From an uncultured Chloroflexia bacterium (GTDB taxonomy: Bacteria; Chloroflexota; Limnocylindria; QHBO01), in NCBI GenBank assembly GCA_963782015.1, contig CAWAHY010000004.1:468166-532165 (forward strand): 64,000 nucleotides of DNA. The letters run 5' to 3'. A program made the position numbers and the translations under genes. Positions 8,978 to 19,092 of the stretch are shown here, piece after piece; positions within the stretch are counted from its first letter, which is position 1; each line of letters starts with the position of its first letter. A model generated the notes under the pieces. That model worked only from the letters and a program-made list of their open reading frames with translations, did no database searches and had not been told where the DNA came from.

Positions 8978-10695
8978 CCCGCTGCGGCGGCGCCGAACTG
9001 TGGATCGACCCAGGTGTGCGCCCCGTCGCGGATCTCCTGCAGCCAGCGGCTGACGCCGGTGCGCTTCACCTGGTCGAGCAGCGTCGCCGGCACCCAGCGC
9101 AGCGGCGCCGTCTCGACCAGCTTGAAGATGTAGAAGCCGGTGTCGGTGTCGATCACGTCGCTGATCTGGCCCGGCGTGGTGAGGGCGAAGATGGCGTCGC
9201 TGCGCAGGGTGTCGTACTGATAGCGAATCACCCAGCCGAGATCCCCGCCAAGCTTCGCGGTGCTGGAGTCCTCGCTCTGCTCGCGCGCGATGACGGCGAA
9301 CTGATCGGGGTCCGCGCGCAGCGTGGTGACGAGCTGCTCTGCCTGGTCGCCCGGAGCGGTGCGGTTGCCCGTGATCTCGATGATGTGGTACCCGAATTGA
9401 GACTTGACCGGCTCGCTGATCTCGCCCACCCGCAGGCCGGCGACGGCCGTCTTGAACTCCGCCACGAAGTTTGACGAGAGGGGGTCGTACCAGCCCAGGT
9501 CGCCGCCCTGCCGGGCGCTGACCGTGTCGTCGCTCGTCGCGGCGATCGTGAACCAGTCTGCGTCCGGCTTGGTCGCCTCCGCCCGGAAGGCCTCGGCGCG
9601 GGCAAGCGCGGCGGCCCACTGGGCCTCCGTCGCCGTGGACTGGTCGTCCTGGCCGGGGAGCGGCTGCGCCAGGAAGTGTCTGATGCGCTGCTGCGGCACC
9701 GGCACCCCCTGCTGGTCGCTGATGTAGATCTGCGAGACCCGGCGCTGAGGCTCATAGGAGGTCATCACCGTGCTGTTGAAATAGTCCACGAAGGCATTCG
9801 TCAGCAGGTCGCCGCGCACGTAGGTCCGGTACTCCTCCTCGCTCACGCCGGCCGACTCGAGGATCCCCTTCAGGCGGGCGTCGGGGCGCTCCACCTCGTG
9901 CCCGTCGAGCCGGAGCAGGTGATAGCCGGTGTCGTCCTTGGTCGGGCCGACCAGGTCGTCGATCTCCGACGCGTGCATTTCGGTGAAGTAGGCGCCGAAT
10001 GACTGGTCCTCCGCCTGCACCCACCCGAGCGCTCCCCCGATCGAGGCGGACGAGTCCTTGCTCTTCTCCTTGGCGATGGTCGCGAAATCCCCGCCGTCGC
10101 GAAGCTGCGCCGCGATCTCATCGATCTCCCCCTTGGCGCGCGCCCAGTCGGCGTCGGTCGGGGTGGCGTCCGGCTTGGCATCTGCCGGCAGCGCCTTCAC
10201 CAGGATCAGCGACAGCTTGAGACGTTCCGGCAGCGTCTGGCGCTCCACCACAGCCGCGCTCACATCGGCCTCGCTGACGCTGATGCCGTAGTCGCCGGCG
10301 TTGAGCGCGAGCACCCGGCTCAGGACCAGCGAGTCGCTCGCCGACGAGACGATGTTGTTGAGCGCGTCCTGGATCGCCTGCTGTCCCTGCCCGATGATCG
10401 GATCGCGCACGCCCCCCAGCTGATCGTTCAGCTCGAGGTAGCGCGCCTGAAGCTCGGCGCTGATGGCGTCCATGCGCCCGGTCAGGTCATCGACGTTGTA
10501 GGTGGCGTCACCGACCGCGGCCACCGGACGCAGGTGGCCCTCGTAGTAGTTGAACCACGCGGTGGCCGCGAAGATCCCGATGGCAGCGGCGATGGCAAGG
10601 GCGAAGCCGGCGACGATCAGCTGCTGCGTGCGCAGCTCGTCCTGCCAGCGCGGCCGGTGCTTCCGGTCGAGGACCGGGCGGTTGCGAAACGACAT
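8974..10695 (-). CDS. membrane-anchored peptidyl-prolyl cis-trans isomerase, SurA/PrsA-like (parvulin domains)
   Basis: N-terminal TM anchor (LIVAGFALAIAAAIGIFAATAWF). Two parvulin-type segments (GGALGWVQAED..FTEMHASEIDD ; GGDLGWYDPLSSNFVAEFKTAV ... GGDLGWV). Confidence 0.75.
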   Translation of the reverse strand: MSFRNRPVLDRKHRPRWQDELRTQQLIVAGFALAIAAAIGIFAATAWFNYYEGHLRPVAAVGDATYNVDDLTGRMDAISAELQARYLELNDQLGGVRDPIIGQGQQAIQDALNNIVSSASDSLVLSRVLALNAGDYGISVSEADVSAAVVERQTLPERLKLSLILVKALPADAKPDATPTDADWARAKGEIDEIAAQLRDGGDFATIAKEKSKDSSASIGGALGWVQAEDQSFGAYFTEMHASEIDDLVGPTKDDTGYHLLRLDGHEVERPDARLKGILESAGVSEEEYRTYVRGDLLTNAFVDYFNSTVMTSYEPQRRVSQIYISDQQGVPVPQQRIRHFLAQPLPGQDDQSTATEAQWAAALARAEAFRAEATKPDADWFTIAATSDDTVSARQGGDLGWYDPLSSNFVAEFKTAVAGLRVGEISEPVKSQFGYHIIEITGNRTAPGDQAEQLVTTLRADPDQFAVIAREQSEDSSTAKLGGDLGWVIRYQYDTLRSDAIFALTTPGQISDVIDTDTGFYIFKLVETAPLRWVPATLLDQVKRTGVSRWLQEIRDGAHTWVDPQFGAAAAG

Positions 10696-10799
10696 CTAGC
10701 GGGTGAATCTCCGCAGGGCGGAAGAGGGTGGTCTCCGACGGTGGGCGAGGCGCCATGCTAGCCGATGGGCCACGCTCGCGCCAATTCGGGCTGAGCGGC

Positions 10800-11573
10800 T
10801 CACCGCCGTCGGCGGAGGCTGTCGCGGATCGCCTCCAGCCTCAGCTGAAGGACGAGCCGCAGCGCCTCGACGATGATCCCGCCGCTCATCTTCGAGCTGC
10901 CCGCCACCCGCTCGCGGAAGATGATGGGCACCTGGGTGACGACCGCGCCGCGACGGTGCGCCCACCAGGTCGTCTCGATCTGGAAGCCGTAGCCGCTGGC
11001 GCTCGCGCCGCGCAGGCGTATCGCGTCGAGCAGCTCGCGGCGCCAGGCCTTGAAGCCCCCCGTCAGGTCCCGGTACGGCAGGAGCAGCACAGTGCGGGCA
11101 AAGATCGTGCCCGCCCGGCTCACCAGCTGCCGGCGCAGCGGCCAGCCGACCGTCCCGCCACCGCGCATGTAGCGCGTCCCGAGGACGAGGTCCGAGCCGG
11201 TCATGAGGGGCGCCAGCAGCCGGGGCAGGTCTCCTGGGTCGTGGCTGAAGTCGGCATCCATCTGCACCACCGCGCGCGTGTCCGGGCGGTCGAGCGCCCA
11301 GCGGAACGCGTCGCGGTAGGCGACCCCCAGCCCCTCCTTGGCGGCGCGGTGCATGACCTGCAATCGCGGCTCCCGTCCGGCAAGGGTGTCGGCCAGGATC
11401 CCGGTCCCGTCCGGGGACCCGTCGTCCACCACCAGCAGGGTCGCCTCTGGCAGTGCCGCCAGGATGGCGCTCGCGATCCCCTCGAGGTTCTCGCGCTCGT
11501 TGTAGGTCGGCAGCGTCACCACCACGCCATGCCCCGCCGCCAGGCCGACGTGGGGGGTCTCGGGCGCGTCCAC
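10800..11573 (-). CDS. GT2 polyprenol-phosphate glycosyltransferase (Dpm1/Ppm1/ArnC-like)
   Basis: VVVTLPTYNERENLEGIASAIL...LLVVDDGSPDGTGILAD...RAAKEGLGVAYRDAF...DADFSHDP: GT-A fold with DxD-type motifs. Start ATG at 11573 lies 3 nt after the upstream stop. Confidence 0.75.
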   Translation of the reverse strand: MDAPETPHVGLAAGHGVVVTLPTYNERENLEGIASAILAALPEATLLVVDDGSPDGTGILADTLAGREPRLQVMHRAAKEGLGVAYRDAFRWALDRPDTRAVVQMDADFSHDPGDLPRLLAPLMTGSDLVLGTRYMRGGGTVGWPLRRQLVSRAGTIFARTVLLLPYRDLTGGFKAWRRELLDAIRLRGASASGYGFQIETTWWAHRRGAVVTQVPIIFRERVAGSSKMSGGIIVEALRLVLQLRLEAIRDSLRRRR

Positions 11574-11575
11574 CC

Positions 11576-12850
11576 TCAGCGGCCGATGCCGACGTAGTCG
11601 ATCCCCGCGGCAGCGGCGGCCGCCGGGTCGAGGGCGTTGCGCCCGTCGATCAGCAGCGCGAGGCCGGGAATCGAGCGCAGGTCGAGCGAGCGATAGGCGG
11701 CGTGGGCCGCCTGCACGATCGCCGCGCGGACCGGGGTCGGTGCGGCCAGGTCGTAGGGCCGGAAGCCGAGGCCGGCAAGGTGCTCGGCGTCGAAGTACGG
11801 GTCATGCCCGTGCACCACCGCGCCGGCGGCGGAGAGCTCGTCGCGCAGGCGAAAGGCGGAGCTGAAGGCGTCCTCGCGGACGTCGGCGCGGTAGGCGATT
11901 CCCAGGACCAGCACGTCGAGCCCCGCGATCGGGCCGATCCGCTCGGTCAGCAGGTCAACCGCGAACCCTGCCATCCCATCGTTGATCGCTCGCGCCAGGG
12001 GCGGGAGCCGCAGCTCCGGCTCGGTGTTGAAGAGGAAGTGCGGGTAGACCGGGATGCAGTGCCCGCCGACCCCGACCCCTGGCAGGTGGATGTGGCTGTA
12101 CGGCTGGGAGTTGGCGGCCTCGATCACCTCGGTGACGTCGATGCCACGCTTGGCGGCGTAGCGCGCGTACTCGTTGGCGAGCGCGATGTTCACGTCCCGG
12201 TAGGTCGTCTCGGCCAGCTTCGTCATCTCGGCCGTCTCGGCATTCGCGACCGCTCGCACCTCCGTGCCGTCGTCGAGCACGGACCGATAGAACTCGACCG
12301 CCCGGCGCGTCGCTTCGGCGCTCACGCCCCCCACGATCTTGGGATAGCGCCGCAGGTCGAGCAGCACCCGGCCGACCAGCACCCGCTCGGGCGAGAAGGC
12401 GAGGAAGAGGTCGCGGTCGAGCGCCAGGCCGCTGCCGGCCTCGAGCATCGGGCCGAACCGATCCCTCGTCGTCCCGACCGGCAGCGTCGTCTCGTAGATC
12501 ACCAGCGTTCCCGGCTGCAGGCCGCGCGCGATCTCGCGGGTGGCGGCGTCGATCGGCCCGAAGTCGATCTGCCGCTCGGCGTTGACCGCCACCGGCACGA
12601 TGACGACCACCACGTCGGCGCCCCGCACCCCCTCCGCGTCGTCGGTGGTGGCGCGCAGGCGTCCGCTGCGGACCAGCTCGGGGACCTGCTCCAGGAGTGC
12701 GGGCTCGTCATCGTGCGGAGAGCGGCCGGCGTTGATCTCCGTCACGATCCGCTCGCCGATGTCGCAGCCGACCACGTCGTGGCCGCGTCCGGCGTACTGC
12801 ACCGCCAGCGGCAGTCCGATGTGCCCCAGGCCGACGACCGCGATCCTCAT
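11576..12850 (-). CDS. nucleotide-sugar 6-dehydrogenase (UDP-GlcNAc/UDP-ManNAc dehydrogenase, WbpA/WecC-like)
   Basis: MRIAVVGLGHIGLPLAVQYAGRGHDVVGCDI Rossmann N-terminus and the UDPG_MGDP_dh family pattern throughout. 424 aa. Confidence 0.8.
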   Translation of the reverse strand: MRIAVVGLGHIGLPLAVQYAGRGHDVVGCDIGERIVTEINAGRSPHDDEPALLEQVPELVRSGRLRATTDDAEGVRGADVVVVIVPVAVNAERQIDFGPIDAATREIARGLQPGTLVIYETTLPVGTTRDRFGPMLEAGSGLALDRDLFLAFSPERVLVGRVLLDLRRYPKIVGGVSAEATRRAVEFYRSVLDDGTEVRAVANAETAEMTKLAETTYRDVNIALANEYARYAAKRGIDVTEVIEAANSQPYSHIHLPGVGVGGHCIPVYPHFLFNTEPELRLPPLARAINDGMAGFAVDLLTERIGPIAGLDVLVLGIAYRADVREDAFSSAFRLRDELSAAGAVVHGHDPYFDAEHLAGLGFRPYDLAAPTPVRAAIVQAAHAAYRSLDLRSIPGLALLIDGRNALDPAAAAAAGIDYVGIGR

Positions 12851-13857
12851 GCCAGCACCCTGGCGAGCGCCTCGCCCGAGATCGCGGCCCCGGTCCGCGC
12901 CGACTCCACCATGGCCCGCGCCAGCAGCAGCGCCACCATCGCCTCGTGCGGATCGACCGGTGCGCGTCCCCCGTCCCGCGCGGCCCGCGCGAACTCGTCG
13001 AGCTCGATGGCGAGCGGCTCACGGCGCTCGATCTCGCGCTCTACCCGCTCCCCCTCGCGCACCGACCCGTGCGGCGCCGGGTTCGGGTAGAAGACGAGCT
13101 GCTGGGCGAGGTAGTCGGCGGTGTACATGCCGCGCTCGCCGGTCACGGTCAGGGTGCGCTGCTTGGTGGGGGTCAGCCAGTTGATGTCGAGCACACCCAC
13201 CGCGCCGTTGGCGAACTTCAGCAGGCCCACGAAGAGGTCCTCGTGATCGGTGTGGATCCGCTGCTCGGTCTCTGCGTAGAGGCGCACCGGATCCGAGCCG
13301 AGCAGGTAGCGCATCACGTCGAGGTCGTGCGGAGCGAGGTCGACCACCACGCCGACGTCGCGGATGCGGGCCGGGAAGGGCCCCAGCCGCGTGGCACGGA
13401 TCTCGAAGATGCGGCCCAGCTCCCCGTTGGCCAGGCGCCGCCGCAGCTCGCGGATGGCGGGATTGAAGCGCTCGATGTGCCCGACCGTCAGCATCCGATT
13501 GGCGGTGCGGGACGCCTCGATCATCTGCTCCGCCTCCTCGCGGGTGGCGGCGATCGGCTTCTCGACCAGGACATGGGCCCCCGCTCGGAGCGCCGCCAGC
13601 GTCGTCGGCAGGTGCAGCGAGGTCGGGACCACGACGCTCACCAGGTCGAGCGACTCGCCGGCGAGCAGCGATTCGGCGTCGGGATAGCCGTGCACCGCGT
13701 GGGCATCGGTCGTCTCGCGCAGCGCGTCGGGGTCCGAGTCGGCGACCGCCACCAGCTCGACGCCCTCGACCAGGTCCTTCCAGACCCGGACGTGGGCGCG
13801 GCCCATCATCCCCAGCCCGATGACGCCGGCGCGCAGCCGACGAGGCGGGTCGCTCAC
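12847..13857 (-). CDS. Gfo/Idh/MocA-family NAD-dependent oxidoreductase (WbpB-like)
   Basis: LRAGVIGLGMMGRAHVRVW ... EKPIAATREEAEQMIEAS: Gfo/Idh/MocA N-terminal fold. Reading frames overlap the neighbouring genes on both sides by 4 nt. Confidence 0.75.
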   Translation of the reverse strand: MSDPPRRLRAGVIGLGMMGRAHVRVWKDLVEGVELVAVADSDPDALRETTDAHAVHGYPDAESLLAGESLDLVSVVVPTSLHLPTTLAALRAGAHVLVEKPIAATREEAEQMIEASRTANRMLTVGHIERFNPAIRELRRRLANGELGRIFEIRATRLGPFPARIRDVGVVVDLAPHDLDVMRYLLGSDPVRLYAETEQRIHTDHEDLFVGLLKFANGAVGVLDINWLTPTKQRTLTVTGERGMYTADYLAQQLVFYPNPAPHGSVREGERVEREIERREPLAIELDEFARAARDGGRAPVDPHEAMVALLLARAMVESARTGAAISGEALARVLA

Positions 13858-14958
13858 GCGGGTGCGGCGGTCGAGACCGGGCCGAGCCGCGCCGCGACGG
13901 CGTTCACGGCCGCGATCACCTGCCCCACCTCATCGTCCGTCAGCGACGGGTGCACCGGGATCGAGACGACCTCGGCGCACAGGCGCTCGGCCACCGGGAA
14001 GCGCTGCTCGCCGTAGCCGAGGGCGATGAACGGCTTCTGGTGATGCACCGGGATCGGGTAGTAGACACCGGTCCCGATCCCACGCTCGCGGAGCGCATCG
14101 ACCAGCTCGTCACGACGGTTCACGCGGAGGGTGTACTGGTGATAGACGTGCGTGACTCCGGGCCGCACCGTCGGCGTGATGACCTCCCGCAGCTCCCGGT
14201 CGTAGCGTTCCGCGATGGCGTGGCGGCGGGCGTTGTTGGCGGGCAGCTTGACGAGCTGGGCCAGCCCGATGCTGGCGTGGATATCGGTCATCCGGAAGTT
14301 GTAGCCGACGATCTCGTGGTGGTACCTGACCCGGCTGCCGTGCTCGCGGGTGAGGCGCACCGCGTCGGCCAGGGCGGCGTCCGAGGTGGTCACCATGCCT
14401 CCCTCGCCGGTCGTCATGTTCTTGGTCGGGTAGAAGCTGAAGCAGCCGGCCCCCCAGCTCCCCGATCGCCGGTCGCCGATCGCCGCACCGTGGCTCTGCG
14501 CGGCGTCCTCGACCAGGGCCAGCCCGTGCCGGTCCGCGATCTCCGCGATCGCCGGCAGGTCGGCCGGCTGCCCGTACAGGCTCACCGGCAGGATCGCGCG
14601 GGTGCGCGGCGTGATCGCCGCCTCGATCTGCGAGACGTCGATGTTGAAGGTCGCCTCGTCCACGTCGACGAAGGCCGGCCGGGCCCCGGTGAAGAGGATG
14701 CTGTTGGCGCTGGCGATGAAGGTGAATGGGACGGTGATCACCTCGTCGCCGGGACCCACCCCGGCGGCCAAGCAGGGCGAGGTGCAGGGCGGTCGTGCCG
14801 GAGCTGGTCGCCACCGCGTGCGGCACGCCGATGAACGCGGCGAAGCGCTCCTCCAGCTCGTGCACCCGGACCCCCTGCGCCAGGCCGCCGGAGCTCAGCG
14901 CGCTCCAGACGAGCTCCTTCTCCTCCTCTCCCATCTGGGGGCGGGCGATCGGGATCAC
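13854..14958 (-). CDS. DegT/DnrJ/EryC1/StrS PLP-dependent sugar aminotransferase (WbpE-like), frame interrupted once
   Basis: N-terminal part ([60 protein letters not shown]) is in the frame of ORF 14110-14958. It continues in a different frame as ORF 13854-14771 ([22 protein letters not shown] ... [17 protein letters not shown] ... [14 protein letters not shown]). Frame switch lies near 14760-14770. Confidence 0.7.
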
Positions 14959-16092
14959 GTGCGAGCTCCTTCCGTGGTGCGGCTGGCGAGCGATTGGCTC
15001 TCTCCGGCGCTGCGTCGCCGCTGGAGCTCCTGGAGGGCTGCCACGATCCGCTCCGACGCGTGGCCGTCGCCGAACAGGTCCGGCCGCGGCCGTTCGCGAC
15101 CCATGAAGGCGGCGTCAGCCAGGAGCGAGCGCAGCTCGGTCGGGATCGGCGCCGACCAGGCGGTTCCAGCCGGTGGCGACCGTCTCGACCCACTCGGTCT
15201 CGGTGCGCAGCGTGATGCACGGCACGCCGGCCAGGTAGGCCTCCTTCTGCACGCCCCCGGAGTCGGTGGCGATCGCCGCCGCGTGGTGCTCCAGGGCGAC
15301 CATGGCAAGGTAGCCGACCGGATCGATGGCGTGCACGTTGGCCGGCAGCCGCAGCCCGGCCCGCTCCATCGCGGCGCGGGTGCGCGGGTGCAGCGGGAGG
15401 ATCACCGGCCGATCCACGGCGAGCGCCCTGAAGAGGAGGGCGAGCCGCTCCGGCTGATCGACATTCTCGGCCCGGTGCAGGGTCACCAGCAGGTAGCCCG
15501 GCAGCTCGCGGGCGAGGTCGGGCAGGCTCGCCCCCGACCGCGACTCCGCCCAATCGAAGGCATCGACCATGACGTCCCCGGCCAGTTCGCTGCGGTCCGC
15601 CAGTCCCTCCCGGGCCAGGTTCTCCATCGCTGCCGGAGTCGGCGCGAGCAGGAGGTCCGCCAGGTGGTCGGCCACGATCCGGTTGCGCTCCTCGGGCATC
15701 GCCGGGTTGAAGGAGCGCAGGCCCGCCTCGACATGCGCCAGCCACGGGCGGCGCCCATCGGCATGGGCGATCTTGGCGGCGACCACCGCGGCCGCCAGCG
15801 TCGAGTTGGTGTCGCCGTAGACCAGGACACCGTCCGGCTCGTGCTCCGCCATGATCGGCTCCAGGCGCCGCATCATCTCGGCGGTCTGCGCCCCGTGTGC
15901 CCCGCTCCCGACCTCGAGGTTCAGATCCGGCGGCGCCATCTCGAGGTCCCGGAAGAGGGCACCGCTCAGCGCGTCGTCGTAGTGCTGCCCGGTGTGGACC
16001 AGCAGCTCGTCGTGCGCGGAGCGCAGGACGCGGCTGACGACCGCGGCCTTCACGAACTGCGGTCGCGCGCCGACCACCGTCAGAATCCTCAC
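14958..16092 (-). CDS. UDP-N-acetylglucosamine 2-epimerase, non-hydrolysing (WecB/WbpI-like), frame interrupted once
   Basis: GTG start at 16092 (GTGA overlap with upstream stop). [23 protein letters not shown] ... VHTGQHYDD ... [17 protein letters not shown] ... [10 protein letters not shown] ... [10 protein letters not shown]-terminus ([19 protein letters not shown]) continues in the frame of ORF 14955-15308. Frame switch near 15120. Confidence 0.7.
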
Positions 16093-16694
16093 GCCGGGTC
16101 CTCGCCGTGGCGCGGCGGCATGTGGCTCCCGCAGCGCGGGCAGCTCCCGTGGAAGGGCGTCCCGTCCTCGGCGTCGCGCAGCGGCTCGCCGCACGGGCAG
16201 GCGCTCCCGATCCTCCGCGCCGGGTTGCCGACCACCAGCTCGTAGTCGGCCACGTCGTGGGTCACCACGCTTCCCGAGCCGATCATCGCCCAGCGCCCGA
16301 TGCTGACCCCCGGCAGGATGGTGCTGTTGGCCCCCACGGCGGCGCCGGAGCGGACGAGGGTCGGGCTCACCTCCCAATCGGCATCGGTCTTGCGGCTCCC
16401 GTCCCGGTTGACCGCCCGCGGCACCTTGTCGTTGGTGAAGCACACGTGCGGGCCGATGAAGACGCCGTCCTCGATGGTCACGCCGTGATAGAGGCTCACG
16501 TTGTTCTGCACCTTCACGCGGTCCCCGATCACCACGCCGGTGTCGACGTACGCGTTCTTGCCGATCACGCAGTCCGCCCCGATGCGCGCGTCCTCGCGCA
16601 CCTGGGCCTGGTTCCAGATGCTCGTGCCGGCGCCGATCGATGCGCTCGGCGCGACGTCGGCGGTCGGATGGATGCGCGCGGGTCGCTCGTTCAC
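16089..16694 (-). CDS. left-handed beta-helix (hexapeptide-repeat) sugar N-acetyltransferase (WbpD/PglD-like)
   Basis: Hexapeptide repeats (IHPTADVAPSASIGAGTSIWNQAQVREDARIGADCVIGKNAYVDTGVVIGDRVKVQNNVSLY...). Cys-rich C-terminal tail (CPCGEPL...CPRCGSH). Confidence 0.75.
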   Translation of the reverse strand: MNERPARIHPTADVAPSASIGAGTSIWNQAQVREDARIGADCVIGKNAYVDTGVVIGDRVKVQNNVSLYHGVTIEDGVFIGPHVCFTNDKVPRAVNRDGSRKTDADWEVSPTLVRSGAAVGANSTILPGVSIGRWAMIGSGSVVTHDVADYELVVGNPARRIGSACPCGEPLRDAEDGTPFHGSCPRCGSHMPPRHGEDPA

Positions 16695-17365
16695 GCCGGC
16701 TCCTCCGGGGAGCCCATAGTATCGGCGCTCGGCACGAGCCCCTGCGCCGAAGCCTCGTTGCTCATCAGCTGGCGCAGCCGCGGGAGTGCGGCCGCGACCG
16801 CGCGGCCGCGGTGCGAGATCGCGTCCTTCTCGCCCTCGGGCAGCTCGGCGGTGGTGAGGCCGCTCGGCAGCTGGAAGATCGGGTCGTAGCCGAAGCCACC
16901 GCCGCCACGCTGCTCGCGCGCGATCTCGCCGTCCATCTCGCCGCTGAACAGCTCGATCCGCGGGGAGCGCGGCGTCCCGTCCGGAGCGGTTCCGGGGAGC
17001 GCGAGCGCCAGCCAGCAGACCATCCGCGCGCGCCGATCCTCCGCGCCGTCGAGCATCTCCAGGATCAGGGCGGCTCGATCGTCGACCGCCGCCCCGCCAT
17101 GCCGCGCCGAGCGCGCCCCGGGGCCCCAGTCGAGCGCGGCGACCTCCAGCCCCGAGTCGTCGGCCAGCGCCGGCAGGCCGGAGGCGGTGCAGTAGGCGGC
17201 CGCCTTGGCGGCGGCGTTCTCGGCGTAGGTGAGGTGCGGCTCCGGCACGTCGAGGTCGAGCCCGATCTCCTGCGGAACGAGGACGCGGCCCGGCAGGTCT
17301 CGCAGCAGGCGGCCGAACTCTCGCTGCTTGCCCGGGTTGGCAGTGGCCAGCAGCAGGTCGCTCAC
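16691..17365 (-). CDS. rdgB: non-canonical purine NTP pyrophosphatase RdgB/HAM1 (dITP/XTP)
   Basis: [21 protein letters not shown] ... FGYDPIFQ: Ham1/Maf fold hallmarks. 224 aa. Confidence 0.85.
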   Translation of the reverse strand: MSDLLLATANPGKQREFGRLLRDLPGRVLVPQEIGLDLDVPEPHLTYAENAAAKAAAYCTASGLPALADDSGLEVAALDWGPGARSARHGGAAVDDRAALILEMLDGAEDRRARMVCWLALALPGTAPDGTPRSPRIELFSGEMDGEIAREQRGGGGFGYDPIFQLPSGLTTAELPEGEKDAISHRGRAVAAALPRLRQLMSNEASAQGLVPSADTMGSPEEPA

Positions 17366-18096
17366 TCGGCCGCGGGTGCCTGGATCGCCGCTCCCTGGAT
17401 CTCGAAGAGCTGGCGGATCCCGCCGGCGGCGAGGTCCAGCATCTGGTTCATCTGGTCCCGGGAGAAGGAGCGCTGCTCGCCGGTGCCCTGCACCTCGATG
17501 AAGCGGTCGTCATCGGTCATCACCACGTTGAAGTCGACCTCCGCGGTCGAGTCCTCGGCGTAGTTGAGGTCGAGCAGCGTCTGTCCGCCCGACACCCCCA
17601 CGCTGACGGCCGCCACCTTCCCGATCAGCAGCTGTCCCATGCCGAACTTGTTGAGGGCTCGGGCCAGCGCGACGTAGGCGCCGGTGATGCTCGCCGTGCG
17701 CGTGCCGCCGTCGGCCTGCACCACGTCGCAGTCGAGCGTGATCGTCCGCTCCCCGAGGCGCGGCAGGTCGATGCAGGCCCGCAGCGAGCGGCCGATCAGG
17801 CGCTGGATCTCGTGCGTCCGGCCCCCGATCCGCCCGGCGCTCGCCTCCCGCTGGCTGCGCTCGGTGCCGGCCCGCGGCAGCATCGAGTACTCGGCGGTGA
17901 CCCACCCGCCGCCCTTGCCCCGCATCCAGCCCGGGACGCGGTCCTCGATCGTGGCGGCGCAGATGACCCGCGTGTCCCCGACGCGGATCAGGACCGATCC
18001 CTCCGCGAACTTGAGGTAGTCGTGCACGATCTTCACCGGCCGCAGCTGGTTCAGCGTGCGTCCGTCGGTGCGGCGCGAGGGGGCGATGGAGGACAT
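17362..18096 (-). CDS. rph: ribonuclease PH
   Basis: 244-aa C-terminal part of ORF 17362-19413 from ATG 18096. [41 protein letters not shown] ... [19 protein letters not shown] ... [21 protein letters not shown]. Confidence 0.9.
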   Translation of the reverse strand: MSSIAPSRRTDGRTLNQLRPVKIVHDYLKFAEGSVLIRVGDTRVICAATIEDRVPGWMRGKGGGWVTAEYSMLPRAGTERSQREASAGRIGGRTHEIQRLIGRSLRACIDLPRLGERTITLDCDVVQADGGTRTASITGAYVALARALNKFGMGQLLIGKVAAVSVGVSGGQTLLDLNYAEDSTAEVDFNVVMTDDDRFIEVQGTGEQRSFSRDQMNQMLDLAAGGIRQLFEIQGAAIQAPAAE

Positions 18097-18171
18097 CGCC
18101 GCCGATTCTACGCGGGCGCAGGGGCCGCGTCCTCGACGCCGCCTCGGGCGATGCGGTACCGTCGGCGACCG

Positions 18172-19092
18172 ATGCGCCTGCTGGTCATCACCGCCCGCTA
18201 CCCAACCTCCGACCGGCCCGCCGCGGGGAGCTTCGTGCGGGATCGGCTCGGCGATCCGGCGCTGGAGGCCACCATCATCGCGCCGGGGAGCTACGCGAGC
18301 GGCGCCTGGCGACGCTACCTGGGGATGCTCTGGTCGGCGCTGACGCGCCGTGGCCGCTTCGATGGGGTGGAGGGCCACTTCGTCCTTCCCTCGGGCGTCA
18401 TCGCCCTGCTGGCGGCGCGCCTGCGGGGACTTCCGCTGGTGGTCTACGCCCACGGCGGCGACGTCCGGGAGATGGCGCATCGCAACCGTATCCTGCGCTG
18501 GGCTGCCCGCCGGGTCGTGCGCGGCGCCGACGCGGTGGTGGCCAATTCGGACGAGACGGCGGCGCAGGTCGCGGCCCTGGGGGGCAGCGCGACGGTCATC
18601 CCACCCGGGGTCGATCTCGGCCGCTTCTCGCCGCAGCCCCTTCCAGCTGAGCGGCGGGTGCTGTACCTGGGCGGCGACCACCCGCACAAGGGGGTTGCCG
18701 TCGCGCGCGCCCTGGCCGACACGCTGGTCGGGCCGGGGATCCGCGAGGTCGACCCCAGCGAGATCCCGGCGCTGATGGCTTCGCACACCATCGTGCTGGT
18801 GCCCTCGCTCGCCGAGCCGTTCGGGCTGGTTGCCGCGGAAGCGATCGCCAGCGGCCGATGGGTGGTGGCGCGCGCGGTCGGGGGCTTGCCGGCCATCGTG
18901 GAGGATGGCGTGAACGGGACCCTGGTCAGCGACGGGGACTTTGCCAATGCCCTGGCACGCGTGCCGGACTACGATCCGGCCGCTGTGGCGTCGACCGCCG
19001 GGCGCTTCTCGCTGGATGCTCATCGGCAAGGGATCGCCCAGACCTGGGCTTCGGTGCGGGAGCGGACCGCCCGCGCGCGCCGCGATCCCTAG
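18172..19092 (+). CDS. glycosyltransferase family 1 (short GT-B enzyme)
   Basis: ATG at 18172 inside ORF 17812-19092. [20 protein letters not shown] ... [41 protein letters not shown]: GT1 C-terminal motif. Confidence 0.7.
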   Translation: MRLLVITARYPTSDRPAAGSFVRDRLGDPALEATIIAPGSYASGAWRRYLGMLWSALTRRGRFDGVEGHFVLPSGVIALLAARLRGLPLVVYAHGGDVREMAHRNRILRWAARRVVRGADAVVANSDETAAQVAALGGSATVIPPGVDLGRFSPQPLPAERRVLYLGGDHPHKGVAVARALADTLVGPGIREVDPSEIPALMASHTIVLVPSLAEPFGLVAAEAIASGRWVVARAVGGLPAIVEDGVNGTLVSDGDFANALARVPDYDPAAVASTAGRFSLDAHRQGIAQTWASVRERTARARRDP

